A program made the translations under genes and the position numbers. From contig CAVZQN010000008.1 in the NCBI GenBank assembly GCA_963777505.1, positions 64,001 to 128,000 of the forward strand: a stretch of 64,000 nucleotides of DNA, given 5' to 3'. Positions 10,226-20,502 of the stretch are shown here, one piece after another. The stretch's first letter is position 1; each line of letters starts with the position of its first letter. The DNA is from an uncultured bacterium. Its GTDB lineage: Bacteria > Acidobacteriota > HRBIN11 > JAKEFK01. The notes under the pieces were generated by a model, which worked only from the letters and a program-made list of their open reading frames with translations, had not been told where the DNA came from and did not search any database.

Positions 10226-11587
10226 TCACTGTTGTCTCTTGTTGTGCTTCGTATTCAACGGAGACTGTGGGATTCCGAGGTAAGGAAAAGAACTTGTAAA
10301 GGCCACATCATTTTGATCCACGCCATCGCCGAGGAGATTATTCGGCGCAACATTGAATCCATCGACGAGAACTCCTGCAACAACTCGCAACGAAATGTCG
10401 ACTGTGTCATCAGCAAGTCTTCGTCCGTTTGGATAACCTGCAAGGTCTCCCGCGATGACTCCAAGACGGTTTGGATTCTGTGTCGGTGGGATTGCCATAT
10501 TTAAGCGGATCATCTCGCCGGGAGTTACATTTGCCGGCTGATTCAACCCTGATACACCTGTTAGAAATACCGCAACAAGATCATTGCGCGGAGCAGGTGG
10601 AACTGAGATGCCATAGATTGCATTGATTGCACCAGGCAACGAAGGTGTTGTGACGTAATTGAGAAATTGCGTATCATTTTTGAGCTTGGATGAATTCCAT
10701 TTGTCTTTATCTTTTAATGGAATCACGAGTTCATTCACCAACGGCATACCGAGTCTGGATACCTGCACGCGTGGTCCGCTGTACTTTGGACCTCTCGGAC
10801 CCTGAACAGCATTTTTCGGCAAGTAGGATGTTGAATACACACCGATGATGGCATTAGGAGAATTTGGATTCGCTGGCACTCCACCATCGCTTGTAAGACG
10901 CGAGATTGGAACCTGCACAGCAATTGAATAAATGTTAAAGCCAGCAAGTGTGTCCACTCCACCACCAGCATTTCCAGGAACTTTGCGGATGGTTAACGCA
11001 TCAAATATCGCACCTAGATCAATGTAAAAAGGATCGTCGGCCGGACCCGCATAGGCTCTGATGTCGCCTGCCGTGATCACACTGCTGCTGATAGTATTTG
11101 CATAGCTCGGTGTTGTCTTTGGACCTACATTGGGAATTGGCACAGGAAGGTTGCTGCCCAACACTGTCGCTCTACCGTTCCGAACCTCTGTGAGTGTGTA
11201 TGTTTGTTGAAGTCCAGTACTGCCAGGTAGAAACGATATGAAGTTGTCCGGCGCCGCGATTGCTGTGTTGAACTGAAACCTGTAAATGATGTCATCTTGT
11301 GTATCGCCATCATTAATAATGTTGATTTCGTAAATTCCATCATCATCAAAGCGATAGAAATTAGGTCCCGCTGCTGGTTCAGCTAAAGGTACATAATTCG
11401 CAATTAGAGTAACTGTATTCGGATTATCTGGACTGACAAATGCATACACATCAGTACAGTCCATTCTTGGCATTCTACCGATGCCGGGTGCTTCGCTATG
11501 GCTGGATGCGAACAGATTTCCAACAAAAATAGCTAAAATGGCTGTTAAAGTCAGGATTTTCCTTAGGTTCGAGGGGATGCTGATCAT
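10226..11587 (-). CDS. DUF4331 family secreted protein
   Basis: Signal peptide, ASSHSEAP, DVYAFVSP, DDPFYIDLG, VSRLGMPLVNE and YPNGRRLADD. Confidence 0.85.
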   Translation of the reverse strand: MISIPSNLRKILTLTAILAIFVGNLFASSHSEAPGIGRMPRMDCTDVYAFVSPDNPNTVTLIANYVPLAEPAAGPNFYRFDDDGIYEINIINDGDTQDDIIYRFQFNTAIAAPDNFISFLPGSTGLQQTYTLTEVRNGRATVLGSNLPVPIPNVGPKTTPSYANTISSSVITAGDIRAYAGPADDPFYIDLGAIFDALTIRKVPGNAGGGVDTLAGFNIYSIAVQVPISRLTSDGGVPANPNSPNAIIGVYSTSYLPKNAVQGPRGPKYSGPRVQVSRLGMPLVNELVIPLKDKDKWNSSKLKNDTQFLNYVTTPSLPGAINAIYGISVPPAPRNDLVAVFLTGVSGLNQPANVTPGEMIRLNMAIPPTQNPNRLGVIAGDLAGYPNGRRLADDTVDISLRVVAGVLVDGFNVAPNNLLGDGVDQNDVAFTSSFPYLGIPQSPLNTKHNKRQQ

Positions 11588-11728
11588 GGTGACCTCCTTA
11601 AATTGTTGATCCGTTTTGATTCTGTATTTGCTGTCCTAGACTCTTACGAAGCAGAAGTTCGGTTTGGATTGGCCTGCCTTAGAAGTTCGCGAATTGCCTT
11701 CGAGAGAGCCGGGGATATAATTTCGTGC

Positions 11729-12292
11729 GTGAAGGGTACAACCAGCCCCAAACTGCAGGATGCACAAACGGATGCAGAGCTAATCGAAGACTGTCTTAAA
11801 GGAAATCAAAATGCATGGGAAACGCTCATCCGAAGATATCAAAATTTAATTTATTCTGTTCCTATTCGATACCATTTCTCGGCTCATGATTCGGCCGACG
11901 TTTTCCAGCATGTTTGCGTAACATTGCTCGAAAAGCTGAAGACTCTGAGGAATAGTCATACTCTCTCCTCCTGGCTTTACATTACAACAAAGCGCCATTG
12001 TTGGAAGATCGCAAAAAAACAGAAGATGGAAACTGAATTCATTGAAGACAATGAATTTTCGAACGAACCAGGAAGTGAAAGTCTTGTGCTTCAACACCAG
12101 GTTAAATCTGGCGTAGATCAGCTTTCAGAAAAATGCCGGGAACTCATTTCGGCGCTTTATTATTTGGACCCTCCACTCTCATATGATGAAATTACTGAAA
12201 AACTTGGAATTCCTTTTGGAAGCATTGGTCCGACACGAGCTAGATGCCTTGAAAAATTGAAAAAGATCCTAAGTGTAAAGATTTCAAATTGA
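11729..12292 (+). CDS. ECF sigma factor
   Basis: DAELIEDC...AWETLIRRYQNLIYS, DVFQ, LSYDEI...GSIGPTRARCLEKL. Confidence 0.88.
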   Translation: MKGTTSPKLQDAQTDAELIEDCLKGNQNAWETLIRRYQNLIYSVPIRYHFSAHDSADVFQHVCVTLLEKLKTLRNSHTLSSWLYITTKRHCWKIAKKQKMETEFIEDNEFSNEPGSESLVLQHQVKSGVDQLSEKCRELISALYYLDPPLSYDEITEKLGIPFGSIGPTRARCLEKLKKILSVKISN

Positions 12293-12357
12293 TGTATTTT
12301 TTTCGGGTTGGAGCATTCTTTATTAGAGGAAGGAGATACAGGTAGGTAGGTAGACTC

Positions 12358-12930
12358 ATGAAATGTCCGGAATTTATGAAGATTCTTGACCTCGTCGACA
12401 ACAGACTCGGCAAGGTTGAAACCCAAAAGATAAAGGGTCATATCAGCACCTGCGCCAAATGTACCGATCAGGCAGAATGGGCGCGCAAGACATTGTCATC
12501 CATGAAGAGTTCCGGCCTTGTGGATGCTCCAGAATATGCAATCCAGAAAGCGATCTCCATTTTCCCCAAAGAAAAAGTGAAACTTGCCGAATGGGTAATC
12601 GCAAAGCTGAATTTTGACAGTTGGATGTCTCCTCAAACAGCCGGAGTTCGCTCAGAAGATGCTGGACCACGCCAACGGATTTATCAAACTGAATCGTACA
12701 AAATTATCCTAATGAATGAGCCTGGAAGGTGGATCGGACAAGTTGTTTCCGAAAAACCGGGTGTAGAAGCTGCAGGATGTCTCGTTGAGTTGAGTTCAGG
12801 CAAAAAACATCTTGGATCAACAATCACGAATCAAAATGGTGAATTCATGTTTTCATCGAATCGCAATAACGACCTTCAGCTCAAAATTCATGGCCAGGCC
12901 GAAACCGTTGTAATTGGCAATTTGAACTAA
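12358..12930 (+). CDS. Putative zinc-finger (HxxxCxxC) anti-sigma factor
   Basis: GHISTCAKC near the N-terminus, directly downstream of the ECF gene; C-terminal TITNQNGEF beta-sandwich. Confidence 0.65.
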   Translation: MKCPEFMKILDLVDNRLGKVETQKIKGHISTCAKCTDQAEWARKTLSSMKSSGLVDAPEYAIQKAISIFPKEKVKLAEWVIAKLNFDSWMSPQTAGVRSEDAGPRQRIYQTESYKIILMNEPGRWIGQVVSEKPGVEAAGCLVELSSGKKHLGSTITNQNGEFMFSSNRNNDLQLKIHGQAETVVIGNLN

Positions 12931-13000
12931 CTCTTCAAACGGGTTTGGTATCAATCCTCGCACTCTCCTTATACAATCAAATGAACCAAGGAGGCTAACC

Positions 13001-13432
13001 ATGCTCAAAGAATTTAAAGAATTCGCAATGCGAGGAAATGTATTGGATCTGGCAGTCGGCCTTATTATTGGAGCCGCTTTTGGAAAAATTGTTACGTCCT
13101 TTGTTAATGATATTTTAATGCCGCCCATAGGTATGCTTTTGGGACGCGTAAGTTTCAAAGATCTCTTTCTTAATCTATCAGGACAGAATTATCCATCACT
13201 TGAAGCCGCGAAAGCTGCAGGTGCTCCGACGATCAACTATGGAATGTTTATTCAAAACATTCTGGATTTTGTGATTGTCGCATTTGCTATTTTCTTGATA
13301 ATTAAACAAGTCAACAGCCTCAAGAGGCCTGCGGCTGCACCTGAAACGAAAGAGTGTCAATATTGTGCTTCGACCATTCCTAAAAAAGCTGTACGCTGTC
13401 CATCCTGTACATCAGAATTAAAAGCAGCTTGA
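13001..13432 (+). CDS. mscL: Large-conductance mechanosensitive channel with C-terminal CxxC-CxxC
   Basis: [44 protein letters not shown]. Confidence 0.95.
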   Translation: MLKEFKEFAMRGNVLDLAVGLIIGAAFGKIVTSFVNDILMPPIGMLLGRVSFKDLFLNLSGQNYPSLEAAKAAGAPTINYGMFIQNILDFVIVAFAIFLIIKQVNSLKRPAAAPETKECQYCASTIPKKAVRCPSCTSELKAA

Positions 13433-13476
13433 AAAGATAATTCTTACATTTATTATTTGTTGATCAAACATAATCT

Positions 13477-13532
13477 GGAGGGCAGGCGGCCCTGCCTGCC
13501 AAACCTTAGGCGAGCAGTGACGCTCGCCCTCC
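13477..13532. repeat. REP-like inverted doublet
   Basis: GGAG-ggcaggc(ggccct)gcctgcc ... ggcgagc(agtgac)gctcgcc-CTCC. Confidence 0.65.
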
Positions 13533-13548
13533 GATAGGTAAGAAAAGT

Positions 13549-15387
13549 GTGAAACAAAATAAATTAATTCCAAGAGAAGTTATTTTCGGAAATCCTGAAA
13601 AGGCCTTTCCTTTGGTCGCTCCGGATGGCCGGCGGATGAGTTACCTCGCCCCTGTCAATAATGTTTTAAACGTATGGGTAGGAACAGTTGGAGGAAATGA
13701 TTTTCGGCCTATCACAAAAGATACCGACCGCGGGATTACACGTTATTTTTGGAGTGAAGATAAAAAGCACATCCTGTATTTGCAGGATGCCGGAGGTAAT
13801 GAGAACTGGCGGCTTTACAGTGTGGAGATCGAAACTGGAAATACCAGGGACCTAACTCCGTTTGAAAATGTGCAAACTCAAATTCTGGATCACAACAAGA
13901 ACTATCCAAATGAGCTTCTGTTAGCAATGAATCGCGATAACCCTGAATTGCACGATGTATATCATCTGAATCTTATCGATGGCGATCTGAGAATGCTTGA
14001 AAAAAATCCCGGAAATGTAATCGCGTGGGTCTCAGATGCCGAAATGAAAGTAAGAGGTGCAATGGCGGCCACACCCGAAGGTGGATTCGATATGCTTGTT
14101 CGAAAAAAAGCAGGCGCCGAGTGGGAAAAAATTATTGAATGGAATGCAGATGACAATATGAACAGCTCCCCTGTTGCATTTACACGAACAGGAAATTCAC
14201 TGTATCTTGCGGATTCTCGAAATGCCAACGCGGCCCGTCTTGTAAAACTGAACCTGGACTCAGGCGAATTACAGGTACTCGTTGATGATCCTGAATACGA
14301 CGCCGGTGAATTCATCGTGAATCCAGATAGTTATGAAGTTCAAGCAGCGTGTCTGACAAAAGATCGTGACGAATGGGTGATACTCGATGAAACGATTCGC
14401 GAAGATTTCGAAATCATTCAAAAACTAAATCGCGGAGATTTCTTTTTGTTGAATCGTGATAGCGCTGATAATACATGGCTTGTGGGATTCACTGTTGATG
14501 ATGGACCAGTTCCATATTTTTCGTACGATCGAAAAACAAAAACCGCAAAATACTTATTTACGAACAGGCCTGAATTAGAAGAATATCAACTCGCACAAAT
14601 GGAGCCGGTTACCTTTCAATCGAGTGATGGTCTCGCGATACATGGATATCTTACGTTGCCGCCAGATGTTGAAAAAAAGAACCTTCCGATGATTCTTAAT
14701 GTTCATGGCGGACCATGGCATCGTGATACCTGGGGCTACAATCCAGAAGCACAGTGGATGGCGAACCGTGGGTATGCATGTTTGCAAATTAATTTTCGAG
14801 GCTCCACTGGTTATGGAAAAAAATTCGTCAATGCAGGAGATCGTGAATGGGGCGGAAAAATGCATCAGGATCTTGTAGATGGCGTTCAATGGGCGATCAA
14901 TTCCGGAATTGCTGATCCTGAGCGGATCGCGATCTACGGTGGTTCCTATGGCGGATATGCCTCATTAGTCGGTGCCACATTTACACCAGATCTTTTCAGA
15001 TGCGCAGTTTCCATCGTTGGTCCAAGCAATCTCATTTCATTTATTAAAAGCATTCCACCTTATTGGTCTTCATTTCTCGCTGTATTGCATAAACGATTAG
15101 GCCATCCTGTAAATGAAATCGACTTTCTTATTTCACGTTCGCCTTTGTATAAAGTGGATCGAATAAGAATTCCAATGTTGATTGCTCAAGGCGCAAATGA
15201 TCCGCGTGTAAAACAAGCTGAATCTGAACAGATTGTGGATGCAATGCGAAGCCGCGGAGTCCCTCATGAATATTTGTTGTTTCCTGATGAAGGACATGGC
15301 TTCGTCAAGCCCGGAAACCGGTTGAAGTTTTATGCAGCAGCAGAAAAGTTCTTATCAACTCACCTTGGCGGACAATTCGAGGAATGA
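13549..15387 (+). CDS. S9 family peptidase
   Basis: VHGGPW, GGSYGG, QGANDPRV and FPDEGHG catalytic motifs. Confidence 0.92.
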   Translation: MKQNKLIPREVIFGNPEKAFPLVAPDGRRMSYLAPVNNVLNVWVGTVGGNDFRPITKDTDRGITRYFWSEDKKHILYLQDAGGNENWRLYSVEIETGNTRDLTPFENVQTQILDHNKNYPNELLLAMNRDNPELHDVYHLNLIDGDLRMLEKNPGNVIAWVSDAEMKVRGAMAATPEGGFDMLVRKKAGAEWEKIIEWNADDNMNSSPVAFTRTGNSLYLADSRNANAARLVKLNLDSGELQVLVDDPEYDAGEFIVNPDSYEVQAACLTKDRDEWVILDETIREDFEIIQKLNRGDFFLLNRDSADNTWLVGFTVDDGPVPYFSYDRKTKTAKYLFTNRPELEEYQLAQMEPVTFQSSDGLAIHGYLTLPPDVEKKNLPMILNVHGGPWHRDTWGYNPEAQWMANRGYACLQINFRGSTGYGKKFVNAGDREWGGKMHQDLVDGVQWAINSGIADPERIAIYGGSYGGYASLVGATFTPDLFRCAVSIVGPSNLISFIKSIPPYWSSFLAVLHKRLGHPVNEIDFLISRSPLYKVDRIRIPMLIAQGANDPRVKQAESEQIVDAMRSRGVPHEYLLFPDEGHGFVKPGNRLKFYAAAEKFLSTHLGGQFEE

Positions 15388-15393
15388 CATTAG

Positions 15394-15485
15394 ATTTTTC
15401 AACACAAAGACACAACGACTCGAAGAACACGAAATATTTATTTTTTTGTGAATATCGTGCCTTAGTGTCTTAGTGTTGAAAAAAT
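15394..15485. repeat. Empty 8-nt-periodic inverted repeat between convergent genes
   Basis: ttcaacacaaagacacaacgactcgaag ... atcgtgccttagtgtcttagtgttgaa. Confidence 0.7.
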
Positions 15486-15489
15486 TTAT

Positions 15490-16512
15490 CTATTTTTGTG
15501 ATCTTCCGCTGCCGATCCACCCAAGCCGCCAGAACATAATCAAAAGGATTGCTGCCAGCGCTGCCATAAAGCCTAAAACAATAAAATAACCCCAGCTTGA
15601 TCTTATTTCCGGCATGTTTTCAAAATTCATTCCGTAGATTCCGGCAATAAGCGTTAAAGGCAAAATGATTGCGGAAATGACAGTAAGCACCCGGGCAATT
15701 TCACTTGTGCGGCTTGCAGCTTTAGCTTGAACATTTCCGACAACACCATCCAGCATGTCGCGTGATGAATCGATTGCTGCGCGGATTGCGATTGCATTTT
15801 GGATCATGTCGCTGAATGACACTCGGGCTTCATCGCTGACAAAAGGACTCCGCTTTGAAACCAACTGCATCAAAACAATATGTAAACTTGCAGCAAGCTT
15901 TTTTAAAGTCAGAATATTCATTCCAGCGGTTGAGAATTTTGTAACCAGTGTTTTATGATCACCGGTTAGAACGTCAGACTCAAGCTTATCAAGATAATTA
16001 TCATTTGCTAAATTCAAATGCGCATAATCATATAAACAGCGCTGTAAAAACAGAAAAGCCAAAAATCCTGGAGTTTTTCCGGCAAAACTGAAGCTCTCCG
16101 CACAACTGTTTTTCACATATTCGACAGCATCCAAAGGATGACGATGGTATGTAATAACAAAATTTGCGCCTAAAACTAAAATCATTCGCGAGAATTTAAT
16201 TTCTGAAAGTCCATGAGAAGTATCCAGATGACGTTCAGGATTGTCGATTTCATATAAATAAAATGCGAGACAATCATGTCTTTCAACAATCCGCGGCAAA
16301 ATTTCAGGCTCTTCAAAGTGACTTATAAGGGTAAGATCAATCGCAAGGAGGCGTAAGACTTCATTCAACGGATCGATGTGTGCGTCTTCAATATCGATCC
16401 AGCAAAATACATTCGGATCATTTAATTCTTGTTCAACACGACTCGATTCGAAAGTTCTTGATGTTCTTGCGAGCGGGTTGAAACTGACACCGTGAAGTTT
16501 TGGTGCTGTCAT
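15490..16512 (-). CDS. CorA family divalent cation transporter (second paralog)
   Basis: IARVLTVISAIILPLTLIAGIYGMNF plus two TM helices. Confidence 0.85.
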   Translation of the reverse strand: MTAPKLHGVSFNPLARTSRTFESSRVEQELNDPNVFCWIDIEDAHIDPLNEVLRLLAIDLTLISHFEEPEILPRIVERHDCLAFYLYEIDNPERHLDTSHGLSEIKFSRMILVLGANFVITYHRHPLDAVEYVKNSCAESFSFAGKTPGFLAFLFLQRCLYDYAHLNLANDNYLDKLESDVLTGDHKTLVTKFSTAGMNILTLKKLAASLHIVLMQLVSKRSPFVSDEARVSFSDMIQNAIAIRAAIDSSRDMLDGVVGNVQAKAASRTSEIARVLTVISAIILPLTLIAGIYGMNFENMPEIRSSWGYFIVLGFMAALAAILLIMFWRLGWIGSGRSQK

Positions 16513-16564
16513 AATTCTCGCTATTGTAACGCAATTGTTCGTCTGCAAGCGTTATGAATACTGC

Positions 16565-16589
16565 GGGCGGGTCTTAGACCCGGCCCTAT
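16565..16589. repeat. Single REP-like palindrome
   Basis: gggcgggtc-tta-gacccggccc-tat. Confidence 0.45.
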
Positions 16590-16633
16590 AATTATGTTGC
16601 CGGGATGAGTTGAGAAAGACATAATTGTGGATT

Positions 16634-18308
16634 ATGCATTTTAAGATTTCCATTGTTTTTCTGATCTTTCTGGTCCTTCTAACTCAATCGAACATAATCT
16701 CCGCACAGGTCCCGCCAGGATTTACTGATACTCTGGTTGCTGGATCTTTGGAGCTTCCGACGGCTTGCGAATTTGCACCTGATGGACGTCTCTTCATTCT
16801 TCTCAAACGCGGTACTGTTCGAATCTTTAAGAATGGAGCACTTGTTCCAACAGCTGCATTGAATCTTCCTGTTACTGACAACAGCGAACGTGGCTTACTC
16901 GGAATAGCATTTGATCCTTCTTTTTTAACCAATGGATTTGTGTATCTCTATTACACAACTGCAAGCTCCGATCCTAAAAATCGTGTTTCGCGTTTTTTTG
17001 TGAATGGTGACACGATTGATCGCAACAGCGAAACAATTATTCTGGATGGAATTCGATCCGATGCAGGAAATCACAATGCAGGATGGATTCAATTCGGGAG
17101 AGATGGAAAGTTATACATTGCGACCGGCGATGGCGGATCCAATGCGAGTCTTTCGCAAAGTTTGTCCAGTATCAATGGAAAGATTTTGCGCATCAATAGC
17201 AACGGTACAATCCCTGAAGATAATCCATTTGCAGGACAGTCTGGCAGTCGAGGGGAAATCTGGTGTCTTGGTTTGAGAAATCCCTGGAGATTTACATTCG
17301 ATCCAACAACAGGTGCGATGTATATCGGTGATGTGGGTCAGAATCAATTCGAAGAAGTGAACGTTGGTGTACGCGGTGCAAACTATGGTTGGCCTAACGC
17401 AGAAGGACAATCAAACAATGGGAATTTTCGAAATCCGATTCACGTTTATGAACACAATGGCGGAAGCGCTTCGATTTCTGGTGGAATCCGGTATCGTGGA
17501 AACACTTTTCCTGATGAATATAGTGGCGCTTATTTCTACGGAGATTATGTCCTTGGATTTATCCGTTACTTAAGATTCAATTCATCAAATGAAGTGATTT
17601 CGGATAATGTGTTCTCACCAAACGTTGGAAACGTGGTGCATTTTGCTCAAGGTCCGGACGGCGCACTCTATTATGTTTTGATCGGCCAAAGGCAGGTTCG
17701 AAAAATTCAATTTGGCTCGGGAAATAACAGCGTACCAGTCGTTAGAACCACATCGAGCCGTAAATTTGGACCGTTACCGTTAACTGTGAATTTCTCTGCT
17801 GCCGGAACATTTGATCCAGATGGCGATCCTTTAACATTTCAATGGCAGTTTGGTGACGGCACGAGCGCAAACGGTCGGCAAACAAGTCATACATACCGAA
17901 CCGCTCAAAATTTTAATGCACGGTTGATTGTTATGGACTCAAGAGGCGCGCGAGTCACATCTCAAATTCTGAAAATTTTTGCCGGAGATCGCGCACCTGT
18001 TCCACAAATCACTGCACCCGCTGCAGGAACAACTGTCAGACCAGGACAAACCATTCGTTTCGCAGGTCGCGCAACCGATCCTGAAGATGGTGTGTTAAAT
18101 CCTTCAAGACTCACATGGACTGTTATACTTGCATCATAATGATCATACGCATCCGTTTCTTGGTCCGCTTATCGGGGTAGCATCCGGACAATTTACAGTT
18201 CCGGTTAATGATCATACTGATGGAAACGTCTTTTACAGGATCAGATTGAAAGCCACAGATTCACGCGGTCTTGCTATATTTAAGAAGTTAGATATTCCCA
18301 GGGAATGA
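16634..18308 (+). CDS. PQQ-dependent sugar dehydrogenase family protein with PKD domain (+1 frameshift near 18131)
   Basis: ERGLLGIAFDP, GNHNAG, GLRNPWRF, GDVG, NYGWP and PKD WQFGDG. After the shift it continues HHNDHTHP...RLKATDSRGL to TGA at 18306-18308. Confidence 0.85.
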
Positions 18309-18348
18309 AATGTCGCAGAATTCCTTCGCGATTAACTATGGAGTAACC

Positions 18349-18693
18349 ATGAGATATGTGTTCGTTGTGCTTTCTCTGCTTCTAATTGTTCCCGATCTTC
18401 CGGCAGCGCAAGAAACAATTACCGGTGAAGTTCTGGATTCGTTTTGTTATGCGACACGCGATGCAAAAGGAAAAGAACATGCGCAATGTGCCTCTTCCTG
18501 TATTAAAGCAGGCGTACCTGTCGCAATCCTAACTTCAAGCGGTACTCTTTACTGGCCATTGCGGCAGGATCATAAACCTGCAAATCCATTGTTTGAAAAA
18601 TTAGGGGGAGAAAATGTGAAAGTCACAGGAATGGTCTACGAAAAAAATAATACGAAGTTTATTGTCGTCTCAGCTGTAGAAAAAGCGAACTAA
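18349..18693 (+). CDS. Small secreted protein with Cys/His motif
   Basis: Signal peptide; GEVLDSFC...HAQCASSCIKAGVP; VKVTG. Confidence 0.65.
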   Translation: MRYVFVVLSLLLIVPDLPAAQETITGEVLDSFCYATRDAKGKEHAQCASSCIKAGVPVAILTSSGTLYWPLRQDHKPANPLFEKLGGENVKVTGMVYEKNNTKFIVVSAVEKAN

Positions 18694-18696
18694 GAA

Positions 18697-18771
18697 TTCA
18701 ACACGAAGACACCAAGACACAAGGATTTTTTTATTTAGTGCATCTTCGTGTCGTTGTGTCTTCGTGTTGAA
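18697..18771. repeat. Empty 8-nt-periodic inverted repeat between convergent genes
   Basis: ttcaacacgaagacac / gtgtcttcgtgttgaa form a perfect 16-bp outer stem; units acacNaag. Confidence 0.75.
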
Positions 18772-18773
18772 GA

Positions 18774-19700
18774 TTAAATTTCGAATTGAGCGGTTGTGGC
18801 GGCTGCTTCTCCCCCGATCCGGTCATGAACAGTGATGACCATCTGATAACGGCCAGCCGGATAATTTGAGGGGATTGTTAATTTGTAATTAAATTCCGCG
18901 GATTTATATTCAGGCTCACCACTTTCTTTAAATTCTTTAATCGCATCTTTCGAAAGTAATGGAACAATAGCGCCGGATGGATCGATCGTCTTTAGATCCT
19001 GAACAAGATGAATACGGGCAAAGCCTTCCGATTTATCATTGGCGAAGTTAAGCACTTGAAAAGTAACTGAAACAACAAGTCCCGCTTCATTTTTTTCCTT
19101 CGCAACGTTCATATTCACAATTTCCATATTTTTGATTCCAGGCATCTGCACAGGCGCAGGTTCAGGAGCCTTTGATTCTGCTTTGGGAGGCTGGTCTACT
19201 TGAATTCCAGCGGGACTGAATCGTACAAATTGTATTTTCCATTTCTCTTTTTCTCGCACAAGCTGATATTCAGCTGGAAGTTTTGAACCGTCTTCACCGG
19301 TGATCGTTCCTTTAAGAATTGTTGTTCCACTTGCTTGTTTTTGCCGATCCGATGACGAAAAGTCTTTCGCGCTTTTTAAGATAGGATAACTTTCAACTAA
19401 TCCGATAAAATCTTCTCTGCTAGTGACTTTTTGAAACTCTAATGAACAGTACGAATAAGCTCGATCAATATCATTGTTTCGCAGCGCTGTAAGTTGAGCA
19501 TTAACAGATTCAACTTCTTCTTTCCCAAGGGTTTTGAAGAAAAAATAAACGGCCACACCGAGGAGAGCGACCAATAACACACAGCCTGCCCCTCCAGCCA
19601 GAGCAAGAAACATAGGACTTCGTTTGCGCATCGATTGCGTGGACTGTGGGACTTCTGATTCGACATCAGATAACACCGGTTCTTGCGGCAAATCTGTCAT
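18774..19700 (-). CDS. Membrane-anchored protein, DUF4864-like domain
   Basis: One TM, then QLTALRNNDIDRAYSYCSLEFQ...F..LVESYP. Confidence 0.55.
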   Translation of the reverse strand: MTDLPQEPVLSDVESEVPQSTQSMRKRSPMFLALAGGAGCVLLVALLGVAVYFFFKTLGKEEVESVNAQLTALRNNDIDRAYSYCSLEFQKVTSREDFIGLVESYPILKSAKDFSSSDRQKQASGTTILKGTITGEDGSKLPAEYQLVREKEKWKIQFVRFSPAGIQVDQPPKAESKAPEPAPVQMPGIKNMEIVNMNVAKEKNEAGLVVSVTFQVLNFANDKSEGFARIHLVQDLKTIDPSGAIVPLLSKDAIKEFKESGEPEYKSAEFNYKLTIPSNYPAGRYQMVITVHDRIGGEAAATTAQFEI

Positions 19701-19810
19701 GGCAGGATTATAACATTCCAAACAAATACACAATCCATTGTGTAGGTTTCTACATCAATACGTGCCTTTGGGTACAACGCTAATACTACAAACAGCGTAC
19801 TAAAAAATGC

Positions 19811-19839
19811 TTGACAGGTGTTGGGGAGTCCCGTATACT
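19811..19839 (+). promoter_or_regulatory. Sigma70 promoter of the dcw operon
   Basis: TTGACA-17 nt-TATACT. Confidence 0.85.
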
Positions 19840-19844
19840 GCCGA

Positions 19845-19879
19845 TAGGAAAAAAAAGGACAAAAATGGTCGCAACAGGA
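19845..19879 (+). promoter_or_regulatory. Probable MraZ operator (four 10-bp-phased boxes)
   Basis: TAGGA/AAGGA/ATGGT/CAGGA with GG at 19847, 19857, 19867 and 19877. Confidence 0.55.
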
Positions 19880-19904
19880 GTTCCTTGGCTCGTTCAGGGT
19901 TAAC

Positions 19905-20369
19905 ATGGCCACCAAGCGAAGATTAAATTTACGCGGAAATCAGCTTGCCACAGTCGACGAACAGGGTCGATTGAAAATTCCTACAAAATTTAAGGACATT
20001 CTGGTGAAAGAATACGGGTATGAATATTTCCTCACCAGCCTCACTGGAGAATATGTTTTTGTGTACCCCCTTACGGTTTGGGAAGCTCAAGTAGAAGAGC
20101 GACTGATAAAAACCGCCCACCTTAATCCCCGCCGTACCAAGCTTTTAGACGTCGTAAATTACTACGGATCTGAAGTGACGATGGACAAACAGGGCAGGAT
20201 TTTAATTCCCCCAACGCTGAGGGACTCCGCGGCCATACAAGGTGAAGTTTGTGTTCTTGGAAAACTGGATCATTTGGATATTTGGAACAAAGTCCAATTT
20301 GAATCAAAGCGACTTCAGGGTGAAGGCCGCTTAACAGAAGACGATCTTTCACAACTTTTTGCAGAGTAA
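19905..20369 (+). CDS. mraZ: Transcriptional regulator MraZ
   Basis: VDEQGRLKIP and MDKQGRILIP repeats; first gene of the dcw cluster. Confidence 0.9.
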   Translation: MATKRRLNLRGNQLATVDEQGRLKIPTKFKDILVKEYGYEYFLTSLTGEYVFVYPLTVWEAQVEERLIKTAHLNPRRTKLLDVVNYYGSEVTMDKQGRILIPPTLRDSAAIQGEVCVLGKLDHLDIWNKVQFESKRLQGEGRLTEDDLSQLFAE

Positions 20370-20411
20370 CGAACCGCAAAGTCGCAAATTCTTTGCGTCT
20401 TTGTGGTTCGT
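20369..20411. repeat. Empty 8-nt-periodic hairpin at the mraZ stop
   Basis: acgaaccgcaaagtcgcaaa-ttc-tttgcgtctttgtggttcgt. Confidence 0.7.
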
Positions 20412-20502
20412 CATTATTTCGGAAAACATCCGAGACCCTAATCTGCGCCGGACGACCCCCTGTTCCGGCGCAGGAATAGTGTCCTGAACCAGCGGTTATG
20501 AA

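Noticed and set aside
12945-12962. Possible sigma54 promoter upstream of mscL
   Set aside because: GG-to-GC spacing is 11 nt rather than the required 10.
20444-20473. GC-rich hairpin between mraZ and rsmH as a possible ncRNA
   Set aside because: A single stem (ctgcgccgga/tccggcgcag) with no recognisable family features; too little evidence.
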